Origin: the human T2T-CHM13v2.0 reference genome, Homo sapiens | Assembly: GCF_009914755.1 (NCBI RefSeq) | Contig: NC_060940.1 | DNA length: 64,000 nt | Reading direction: 5' to 3' (one strand) | Part shown: one piece after another, positions 53,501 to 64,000 of the stretch | How the letters are laid out: the number at the start of each line of letters is the position of its first letter | Position numbering within the stretch: position 1 is the first letter of the stretch | Notes under the pieces: model-generated | What the model was told of the DNA's origin: nothing | The model's database searches: none | The model's input: only the letters and a program-made list of their open reading frames with translations | Translations under genes and position numbers: made by a program

Positions 53501-56500
53501 ATTCTCAGAAACTGCTCTGTGATGTGTGCGTTCAACTCACAGAGTTTAACTTTTCTTTTCATTCAGCAGTTTGGAAACACTCTGTTTGTAAAGTCTGCAA
53601 GTGGATATCTTGGCCTCTTAGAGGCCTTCGTTGGAAACGGGTTTTTTCATGTAAGGTTAGACAGAGGAATTCCCGGTAACTTCCTTGTGTTGTGTGCATT
53701 CAACTCACAGAGTTGAATGATTCTTTACACAGAGCAGATTTGAGACACTCTTTTGGTGGAATTTGTAAGTGGAGAATACAGCCGCTTTGAGGTCAACGGT
53801 AGAAAAGGAAATATCTTCGTATAAAAACTAGACAGAATGATTCTCAGAAACTGTTTTGTGATGTGTGCGTTCAACTCACAGAGTTTAACCTTTCTTTTCA
53901 AAGAGCAGTTAGGAAACACTCTGTTTGTAAAGTCTGCAAGTGGATATTCAGACCTCTTTGAGGCCTTCGTTGGAAACGGGATTTCTTCATATTATGCTAG
54001 ACAGATGAATTCTCAGTAACTTCCTTGTGTTGTGTGTATTCAACTCACAGAGTTGAACGATCCTTTACACAGAGCAGATTTGAAACACTGTTTTTCTGGA
54101 ATTTGCAAGTGGAGATTTCAGCCGCTTTGAGGTCAATGGTAGAAAAGGAAATATCTTCGTATAAAAACTAGACAGAATGATTCTCAGAAACTCCTTTGTG
54201 ATGTGTGCGTTCAACTCACAGAGTTTAACCTTTCTTTTCACAGAGCAGTTAGGAAACACTCTGTTTGTGAAGCCTGCCAGTGGATATTCGGACCTCTTTG
54301 AGGCCTTCGTTGGAAACGGGATTTCTTCATATTATGCTAGACAGAAGATTTCTCAGTAACTTCTTTGTGTTGTGTGTATGCAACTCACAGAGTTCAACCT
54401 TCCTTTAGACAGAGCAGATTTGAAACACTCTTTTTGTGGAATTTGCAAGTGGAGATTTCGAGCGCTTCGATGCCAATGGTAGAAAAGGAAATATCTTCGT
54501 ATAAAAACAAGACAAACTCGTTCCCAGACACTGCGTAGTGATGTGTGTGTTTAACTCACAGAGTTTCACCTTTCTTTTCATACAGCATTCTGGAAACCCT
54601 CTGTTTGTAAAGTCTGCAAGTGGATATTTGGACCTCTTAGATGCCTTCGTTGGAAACGGGATTTCTTCATATAATGCTAGAGGGAAGAATTCTTAGTAAC
54701 TTCTTTGCGTTGTGTGTATTCAACTGACAGAGTTGAACCTTCCTTTAGACAGAGCAGATTTGAAAGTCTCTTTTTGTGGAATTTGCAAGTGGAGATTTCA
54801 AGCGCTTTGAGGCCAAAAGCAGAAAAGGAAATATTTTCCTATAAATACTAGACAGAATCTTTCTCAGAAACTGCTCTGGGATGTGTGCGTTCAACTCACA
54901 GAGTTTAACTTTTCTTTTCATTCAGCAGTTTGGAAACACTCTGTTTGGAAAGTCTGCACGTGGATATTTTGACCTCTTTGAGGCCTTCGTTGGAAACGGG
55001 TTTTTTTCATGTAAGGCTAGACAGAAGAAATCTCAGTAACTTCCTTGTGTTGTGTGTATTCAACTGACAGAGTTGAACCCTCCTTTAGACAGAGCAGATT
55101 CAAACACTCTTTTTCTGCAATTTGCAAGTGGAGACTTCAAGCGCTTTGAGGCCAAAGGCAGAAAAGGAAATATCTTCGTATAAAAACCCGACAGAATCAT
55201 TCTCAGAAACTGCTCTGTGATGTGTGCGTTCAACTCACAGAGTTTAACTTTTCTTTTCATTCAGCAGTTTGGAAACACTCTGTTTGTAAAGTCTGCAAGT
55301 GGATATCTTGGCCTCTTAGAGGCCTTCGTTGGAAACGGGTTTTTTCATGTAAGGTTAGACAGAGGAATTCCCAGTAACTTCCTTGTGTTGTGTGCATTCA
55401 ACTCACAGAGTTGAATGATTCTTTACACAGAGCAGATTTGAGACACTCTTTTGGTGGAATTTGTAAGTGGAGAATTCAGCCGCTTTGAGGTCAACGGTAG
55501 AAAAGGAAATATCTTCGTATAAAAACTAGACAGAATGATTCTCAGAAACTGTTTTGTGATGTGTGCGTTCAACTCACAGAGTTTAACCTTTCTTTTCAAA
55601 GAGCAGTTAGGAAACACTCTGTTTGTAAAGTCTGCAAGTGGATATTCAGACCTCTTTGAGGCCTTCGTTGGAAACGGGATTTCTTCATATTATGCTAGAC
55701 AGATGAATTCTCAGTAACTTCCTTGTGTTGTGTGTATTCAACTCACAGAGTTGAACGATCCTTTACACAGAGCAGATTTGAAACACTGTTTTTCTGGAAT
55801 TTGCAAGTGGAGATTTCAGCCGCTTTGAGGTCAATGGTAGAAAAGGAAATATCTTCGTATAAAAACTAGACAGAATGATTCTCAGAAACTCCTTTGTGAT
55901 GTGTGCGTTCAACTCACAGAGTTTAACCTTTCTTTTCACAGAGCAGTTAGGAAACACTCTGTTTGTGAAGCCTGCCAGTGGATATTCGGACCTCTTTGAG
56001 GCCTTCGTTGGAAACGGGATTTCTTCATATTATGCTAGACAGAAGATTTCTCAGTAACTTCTTTGTGTTGTGTGTATGCAACTCACAGAGTTCAACCTTC
56101 CTTTAGACAGAGCAGATTTGAAACACTCTTTTTGTGGAATTTGCAAGTGGAGATTTCAAGCGCTTCGATGCCAATGGTAGAAAAGGAAATATCTTCGTAT
56201 AAAAACAAGACAAACTCGTTCCCAGACACTGCGTAGTGATGTGTGTGTTTAACTCACAGAGTTTCACCTTTCTTTTCATACAGCATTCTGGAAACCCTCT
56301 GTTTGTAAAGTCTGCAAGTGGATATTTGGACCTCTTAGATGCCTTCGTTGGAAACGGGATTTCTTCATATAATGCTAGAGGGAAGAATTCTTAGTAACTT
56401 CTTTGTGTTGTGTGTATTCAACTGACAGAGTTGAACCTTCCTTTAGACAGAGCAGATTTGAAAGTCTCTTTTTGTGGAATTTGCAAGTGGAGATTTCAAG

Positions 56501-59500
56501 CGCTTTGAGGCCAAAAGCAGAAAAGGAAATATTTTCCTATAAAAACTAGACAGAATCATTCTCAGAAACTGCTCTGTGATGTGTGTGTTCAACTCACAGA
56601 GTTTAACTTTCTTTTCATTCAGCAGTTTGGAAACACTCTGTTTGGAAAGTCTGCACGTGGATATTTTGACCTCTTTGAGGCCTTCGTTGGAAACGGGTTT
56701 TTTTCATGTAAGGCTAGACAGAAGAAATCTCAGTAACTTCCTTGTGTTGTGTGTATTCAACTGACAGAGTTGAACCTTCCTTTAGACAGAGCAGATTCGA
56801 AACACTCTTTTTCTGCAATTTGCAAGTGGAGACTTCAAGTGATTTGAGGCCAAAGGCAGAAAAGGAAATATCTTCGTATAAAAACCCGACAGAATCACTC
56901 TCAGAAACTGCTCTGTGATGTGTGCGTTCAACTCACAGAGTTTAACTTTTCTTTTCATTCAGCAGTTTGGAAACACTCTGTTTGTAAAGTCTGCAAGTGG
57001 ATATCTTGGCCTCTTAGAGGCCTTCGTTGGAAACGGGTTTTTTCATGTAAGGTTAGACAGAGGAATTCCCAGTAACTTCCTTGTGTTGTGTGCATTCAAC
57101 TCACAGAGTTGAATGATTCTTTACACAGAGCAGATTTGAGACACTCTTTTGGTGGAATTTGTTAGTGGAGAATTCAGCCGCTTTGAGGTCAACGGTAGAA
57201 AAGGAAATATCTTCGTATAAAAACTAGACAGAATGATTCTCAGAAACTGTTTTGTGATGTGTGCGTTCAACTCACAGAGTTTAACCTTTCTTTTCAAAGA
57301 GCAGTTAGGAAACACTCTGTTTCTAAAGTCTGCAAGTGGATATTCAGACCTCTTTGAGGCCTTCGTTGGAAACGGGATTTCTTCATATTATGCTAGACAG
57401 ATGAATTCTCAGTAACTTCCTTGTGTTGTGTGTATTCAACTCACAGAGTTGAACGATCCTTTACACAGAGCAGATTTGAAACACTGTTTTTCTGGAATTT
57501 GCAAGTGGAGATTTCAGCCGCTTTGAGGTCAATGGTAGAAAAAGAAATATCTTCGTATAAAAACTAGACAGAATGATTCTCAGAAACTCCTTTGTGATGT
57601 GTGCGTTCAACTCACAGAGTTTAACCTTTCTTTTCACAGAGCAGTTAGGAAACACTCTGTTTGTGAAGCCTGCCAGTGGATATTCGGACCTCTTTGAGGC
57701 CTTCGTTGGAAACGGGATTTCTTCATATTATGCTAGACAGAAGATTTCTCAGTAACTTCTTTGTGTTGTGTGTATGCAACTCACAGAGTTCAACCTTCCT
57801 TTAGACAGAGCAGATTTGAAACACTCTTTTTGTGGAATTTGCAAGTGGAGATTTCAAGCGCTTCGATGCCAATGGTAGAAAAGGAAATATCTTCGTATAA
57901 AAACAAGACAAACTCGTTCCCAGACACTGCGTAGTGATGTGTGTGTTTAACTCACAGAGTTTCACCTTTCTTTTCATACAGCATTCTGGAAACCCTGTGT
58001 TTGTAAAGTCTGCAAGTGGATATTTGGACCTCTTAGATGCCTTCGTTGGAAACGGGATTTCTTCATATAATGCTAGAGGGAAGAATTCTTAGTAACTTCT
58101 TTGTGTTGTGTGTATTCAACTGACAGAGTTGAACCTTCCTTTAGACAGAGCAGATTTGAAAGTCTCTTTTTGTGGAATTTGCAAGTGGAGATTTCAAGCG
58201 CTTTGAGGCCAAAAGCAGAAAAGGAAATATTTTCCTATAAAAACTCGACAGAATCTTTCTCAGAAACTGCTCTGGGATGTGTGCGTTCAACTCACAGAGT
58301 TTAACTTTTCTTTTCATTCAGCAGTTTGGAAACACTCTGTTTGGAAAGTCTGCACGTGGATATTTTGACCTCTTTGAGGCCTTCGTTGGAAACGGGTTTT
58401 TTTCATGTAAGGCTAGACAGAAGAAATCTCAGTAACTTCCTTGTGTTGTGTGTATTCAACTGACAGAGTTGAACCTTCCTTTAGACAGAGCAGATTCGAA
58501 ACACTCTTTTTCTGCAATTTGCAAGTGGAGACTTCAAGCGCTTTGAGGCCAAAGGCAGAAAAGGAAATATCTTCGTATAAAAACCCGACAGAATCATTCT
58601 CAGAAACTGCTCTGTGATGTGTGCGTTCAACTCACAGAGTTTAACTTTTCTTTTCATTCAGCAGTTTGGAAACACTCTGTTTGTAAAGTCTGCAAGTGGA
58701 TATCTTGGCCTCTTAGAGGCCTTCGTTGGAAACGGGTTTTTTCATGTAAGGTTAGACAGAGGAATTCCCAGTAACTTCCTTGTGTTGTGTGCATTCAACT
58801 CACAGAGTTGAATGATTCTTTACACAGAGCAGATTTGAGACACTCTTTTGGTGGAATTTGTAAGTGGAGAATTCAGCCGCTTTGAGGTCAACGGTAGAAA
58901 AGGAAATATCTTCGTATAAAAACTAGACAGAATGATTCTCAGAAACTGTTTTGTGATGTGTGCGTTCAACTCACAGAGTTTAACCTTTCTTTTCAAAGAG
59001 CAGTTAGGAAACACTCTGTTTGTAAAGTCTGCAAGTGGATATTCAGACCTCTTTGAGGCCTTCGTTGGAAACGGGATTTCTTCATATTATGCTAGACAGA
59101 TGAATTCTCAGTAACTTCCTTGTGTTGTGTGTATTCAACTCACAGAGTTGAACGATCCTTTACACAGAGCAGATTTGAAACACTGTTTTTCTGGAATTTG
59201 CAAGTGGAGATTTCAGCCGCTTTGAGGTCAATGGTAGAAAAAGAAATATCTTCGTATAAAAACTAGACAGAATGATTCTCAGAAACTCCTTTGTGATGTG
59301 TGCGTTCAACTCACAGAGTTTAACCTTTCTTTTCACAGAGCAGTTAGGAAACACTCTGTTTGTGAAGCCTGCCAGTGGATATTCGGACCTCTTTGAGGCC
59401 TTCGTTGGAAACGGGATTTCTTCATATTATGCTAGACAGAAGATTTCTCAGTAACTTCTTTGTGTTGTGTGTATGCAACTCACAGAGTTCAACCTTCCTT

Positions 59501-62500
59501 TAGACAGAGCAGATTTGAAACACTCTTTTTGTGGAATTTGCAAGTGGAGATTTCAAGCGCTTCGATGCCAATGGTAGAAAAGGAAATATCTTCGTATAAA
59601 AACAAGACAAACTCGTTCCCAGACACTGCGTAGTGATGTGTGTGTTTAACTCACAGAGTTTCACCTTTCTTTTCATACAGCATTCTGGAAACCCTGTGTT
59701 TGTAAAGTCTGCAAGTGGATATTTGGACCTCTTAGATGCCTTCGTTGGAAACGGGATTTCTTCATATAATGCTAGAGGGAAGAATTCTTAGTAACTTCTT
59801 TGTGTTGTGTGTATTCAACTGACAGAGTTGAACCTTCCTTTAGACAGAGCAGATTTGAAAGTCTCTTTTTGTGGAATTTGCAAGTGGAGATTTCAAGCGC
59901 TTTGAGGCCAAAAGCAGAAAAGGAAATATTTTCGTATAAAAACTCGACAGAATCTTTCTCAGAAACTGCTCTGGGATGTGTGCGTTCAACTCACAGAGTT
60001 TAACTTTTCTTTTCATTCAGCAGTTTGGAAACACTCTGTTTGGAAAGTCTACACGTGGATATTTTGACCTCTTTGAGGCCTTCGTTGGAAACGGGTTTTT
60101 TTCATGTAAGGCTAGACAGAAGAAATCTCAGTAACTTCCTTGTGTTGTGTGTATTCAACTGACAGAGTTGAACCTTCCTTTAGACAGAGCAGATTCGAAA
60201 CACTCTTTTTCTGCAATTTGCAAGTGGAGACTTCAAGCGCTTTGAGGCCAAAGGCAGAAAAGGAAATATCTTCGTATAAAAACCCGACAGAATCATTCTC
60301 AGAAACTGCTCTGTGATGTGTGCGTTCAACTCACAGAGTTTAACTTTTCTTTTCATTCAGCAGTTTGGAAACACTCTGTTTGTAAAGTCTGCAAGTGGAT
60401 ATCTTGGCCTCTTAGAGGCCTTCGTTGGAAACGGGTTTTTTCATGTAAGGTTAGACAGAGGAATTCCCAGTAACTTCCTTGTGTTGTGTGCATTCAACTC
60501 ACAGAGTTGAATGATTCTTTACACAGAGCAGATTTGAGACACTCTTTTGGTGGAATTTGTAAGTGGAGAATTCAGCTGCTTTGAGGTCAACGGTAGAAAA
60601 GGAAATATCTTCGTATAAAAACTAGACAGAATGATTCTCAGAAACTGTTTTGTGATGTGTGCTTTCAACTCACAGAGTTTAACCTTTCTTTTCAAAGAGC
60701 AGTTAGGAAACACTCTGTTTGTAAAGTCTGCAAGTGGATATTCAGACCTCTTTGAGGCCTTCGTTGGAAACGGGATTTCTTCATATTATGCTAGACAGAT
60801 GAATTCTCAGTAACTTCCTTGTGTTGTGTGTATTCAGCTCACAGAGTTGAACGATCCTTTACACAGAGCAGATTTGAAACACTGTTTTTCTGGAATTTGC
60901 AAGTGGAGATTTCAGCCGCTTTGAGGTCAATGGTAGAAAAGGAAATATCTTCGTATAAAAACTAGACAGAATGATTCTCAGAAACTCCTTTGTGATGTGT
61001 GCGTTCAACTCACAGAGTTTAACCTTTCTTTTCACAGAGCAGTTAGGAAACCCTCTGTTTGTGAAGCCTGCCAGTGGATATTCGGACCTCTTTGAGGCCT
61101 TCGTTGGAAACGGGATTTCTTCATATTATGCTAGACAGAAGATTTCTCAGTAACTTCTTTGTGTTGTGTGTATGCAACTCACAGAGTTCAACCTTCCTTT
61201 AGACAGAGCAGATTTGAAACACTCTTTTTGTGGAATTTGCAAGTGGAGATTTCAAGCGCTTCGATGCCAATGGTAGAAAAGGAAATATCTTCGTATAAAA
61301 ACAAGACAAACTCGTTCCCAGACACTGCGTAGTGATGTGTGTGTTTAACTCACAGAGTTTCACCTTTCTTTTCATACAGCATTCTGGAAACCCTCTGTTT
61401 GTAAAGTCTGCAAGTGGATATTTGGACCTCTTAGATGCCTTCGTTGGAAACGGGATTTCTTCATATAATGCTAGAGGGAAGAATTCTTAGTAACTTCTTT
61501 GTGTTGTGTGTATTCAACTGACAGAGTTGAACCTTCCTTTAGACAGAGCAGATTTGAAAGTCTCTTTTTGTGGAATTTGCAAGTGGAGATTTCAAGCGCT
61601 TTGAGGCCAAAAGCAGAAAAGGAAATATTTTCCTATAAAAACTCGACAGAATCTTTCTCAGAAACTGCTCTGGGATGTGTGCGTTCAACTCACAGAGTTT
61701 AACTTTTCTTTTCATTCAGCAGTTTGGAAACACTCTGTTTGGAAAGTCTGCACGTGGATATTTTGACCTCTTTGAGGCCTTCGTTGGAAACGGGTTTTTT
61801 TCATGTAAGGCTAGACAGAAGAAATCTCAGTAACTTCCTTGTGTTGTGTGTATTCAACTGACAGAGTTGAACCTTCCTTTAGACAGAGCAGATTCGAAAC
61901 ACTCTTTTTCTGCAATTTGCAAGTGGAGACTTCAAGCGCTTTGAGGCCAAAGGCAGAAAAGGAAATATCTTCGTATAAAAACCCGACAGAATCATTCTCA
62001 GAAACTGCTCTGTGATGTGTGCGTTCAACTCACAGAGTTTAACTTTTCTTTTCATTCAGCAGTTTGGAAACACTCTGTTTGTAAAGTCTGCAAGTGGATA
62101 TCTTGGCCTCTTAGAGGCCTTCGTTGGAAACGGGTTTTTTCATGTAAGGTTAGACAGAGGAATTCCCAGTAACTTCCTTGTGTTGTGTGCATTCAACTCA
62201 CAGAGTTGAATGATTCTTTACACAGAGCAGATTTGAGACACTCTTTTGGTGGAATTTGTTAGTGGAGAATTCAGCCGCTTTGAGGTCAACGGTAGAAAAG
62301 GAAATATCTTCGTATAAAAACTAGACAGAATGATTCTCAGAAACTGTTTTGTGATGTGTGCGTTCAACTCACAGAGTTTAACCTTTCTTTTCAAAGAGCA
62401 GTTAGGAAACACTCTGTTTGTAAAGTCTGCAAGTGGATATTCAGACCTCTTTGAGGCCTTCGTTGGAAACGGGATTTCTTCATATTATGTTAGACAGATG

Positions 62501-64000
62501 AATTCTCAGTAACTTCCTTGTGTTGTGTGTATTCAACTCACAGAGTTGAACGATCCTTTACACAGAGCAGATTTGAAACACTGTTTTTCTGGAATTTGCA
62601 AGTGGAGATTTCAGCCGCTTTGAGGTCAATGGTAGAAAAAGAAATATCTTCGTATAAAAACTAGACAGAATGATTCTCAGAAACTCCTTTGTGATGTGTG
62701 CGTTCAACTCACAGAGTTTAACCTTTCTTTTCACAGAGCAGTTAGGAAACACTCTGTTTGTGAAGCCTGCCAGTGGATATTCGGACGTCTTTGAGGCCTT
62801 CGTTGGAAACGGGATTTCTTCATATTATGCTAGACAGAAGATTTCTCAGTAACTTCTTTGTGTTGTGTGTATGCAACTCACAGAGTTCAACCTTCCTTTA
62901 GACAGAGCAGATTTGAAACACTCTTTTTGTGGAATTTGCAAGTGGAGATTTCAAGCGCTTCGATGCCAATGGTAGAAAAGGAAATATCTTCGTATAAAAA
63001 CAAGACAAACTCGTTCCCAGACACTGCGTAGTGATGTGTGTGTTTAACTCACAGAGTTTCACCTTTCTTTTCATACAGCATTCTGGAAACCCTCTGTTTG
63101 TAAAGTCTGCAAGTGGATATTTGGACCTCTTAGATGCCTTCGTTGGAAACGGGATTTCTTCATATAATGCTAGAGGGAAGAATTCTTAGTAACTTCTTTG
63201 TGTTGTGTGTATTCAACTGACAGAGTTGAACCTTCCTTTAGACAGAGCAGATTTGAAAGTCTCTTTTTGTGGAATTTGCAAGTGGAGATTTCAAGCGCTT
63301 TGAGGCCAAAAGCAGAAAAGGAAATATTTTCCTATAAAAACTCGACAGAATCTTTCTCAGAAACTGCTCTGGGATGTGTGCGTTCAACTCACAGAGTTTA
63401 ACTTTTCTTTTCATTCAGCAGTTTGGAAACACTCTGTTTGGAAAGTCTGCACGTGGATATTTTGACCTCTTTGAGGCCTTCGTTGGAAACGGGTTTTTTT
63501 CATGTAAGGCTAGACAGAAGAAATCTCAGTAACTTCCTTGTGTTGTGTGTATTCAACTGACAGAGTTGAACCTTCCTTTAGACAGAGCAGATTCGAAACA
63601 CTCTTTTTCTGCAATTTGCAAGTGGAGACTTCAAGCGCTTTGAGGCCAAAGGCAGAAAAGGAAATATCTTCGTATAAAAACCCGACAGAATCATTCTCAG
63701 AAACTGCTCTGTGATGTGTGCGTTCAACTCACAGAGTTTAACTTTTCTTTTCATTCAGCAGTTTGGAAACACTCTGTTTGTAAAGTCTGCAAGTGGATAT
63801 CTTGGCCTCTTAGAGGCCTTCGTTGGAAACGGGTTTTTTCATGTAAGGTTAGACAGAGGAATTCCCAGTAACTTCCTTGTGTTGTGTGCATTCAACTCAC
63901 AGAGTTGAATGATTCTTTACACAGAGCAGATTTGAGACACTCTTTTGGTGGAATTTGTAAGTGGAGAATTCAGCCGCTTTGAGGTCAACGGTAGAAAAGG

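Larger units (their letters stand above)
279..63834 (+). promoter_or_regulatory. CENP-B boxes, one per 340-bp dimer (5 per HOR, about 188 in the window)
   Basis: The 17-bp CTTCGTTGGAAACGGG(A/T) occurs at 279-295, 619-635, 961-977, 1301-1317 and so on to 63818-63834. Boxes in dimers C, D and E end in A (full consensus). Boxes in A and B end in T but keep the core NTTCGNNNNANNCGGGN. Confidence 0.95.
1..64000 (+). repeat. Centromeric alpha-satellite HOR array, SF1 (J1/J2 dimeric), 10-monomer 1,699-bp HOR; probably human chr16 D16Z2 / S1C16H1L
   Basis: Continuous ~170-bp monomer and 340-bp dimer periodicity with hallmark alphoid motifs (CATTCTCAGAAACT, TCAACTCACAGAGTT, CTTCGTTGGAAACGGGA). The same ORF recurs at 512, 2214, 3913, 5612 ... 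62012, 63711, mostly 1,699 bp apart. Dimer D is close to the SF1 dimer consensus as I recall it. The chromosome call is inferred from SF1 plus a 10-mer/1.7-kb unit. Alpha-satellite identity is essentially certain; the D16Z2 assignment is about 0.8. Confidence 0.98.

Noticed and set aside
8-63908. About 240 short ORFs (60-86 aa) on both strands, such as MMCAFNSQS..., MILRN..., MFPNCS..., MEFASG...
   Set aside because: They are chance open frames in satellite DNA that recur with the 340/1,699-bp period, many with non-ATG starts. They appear and vanish with single SNVs and resemble no protein family. They were useful only as variant markers.
1-64000. CRISPR-like or other repeat-spacer system
   Set aside because: The sequence between conserved motifs is itself repeated, so there are no unique spacers, and there are no cas or other genes.
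1-64000. Embedded transposon (L1/Alu), unique-sequence island or strand inversion
   Set aside because: HOR anchors tile the window with no unexplained gap, and all CENP-B boxes seen are on the same strand.
1-64000. Assignment to D1Z7/D5Z2/D19Z3, D10Z1, D12Z3 or an SF2 10-mer
   Set aside because: The monomers are SF1-type and the dominant period is 10 monomers with five distinct dimers. Those SF1 arrays have 2/6- or 8-mer units as I recall them. A HumAS-HMMER or BLAST run would settle it.
1-64000. A previously undescribed biological system
   Set aside because: Everything seen is explained by a known class of centromeric satellite and its recombinational turnover. Only the specific variant structures may be undescribed.

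Overview
The whole 64-kb window is one uninterrupted, single-orientation primate centromeric alpha-satellite array. It consists of ~171-bp monomers in alternating A-type/B-type 340-bp dimers of suprachromosomal family 1 (SF1, J1/J2), with a CENP-B box in every second monomer. These build a highly homogeneous 1,699-bp, 10-monomer higher-order repeat (HOR; five dimers, here called A-B-C-D-E), in about 38 units. An SF1 10-mer of 1.7 kb best fits human chromosome 16 D16Z2 (S1C16H1L); this assignment comes from recall, not from a database search. I find no genes, RNA genes, transposons or CRISPR arrays, all ORFs are artefacts of the repeat, and I see no evidence of an undescribed biological system. 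The real information is in the array's evolutionary record: four structural-variant HORs (two different 8-mers, a 16-mer and a length-neutral rearranged 10-mer), a recurrent E/A junction, two-HOR super-periods, a ~13-kb SNV-defined block repeated 22-23 kb downstream, and three broken CENP-B boxes.
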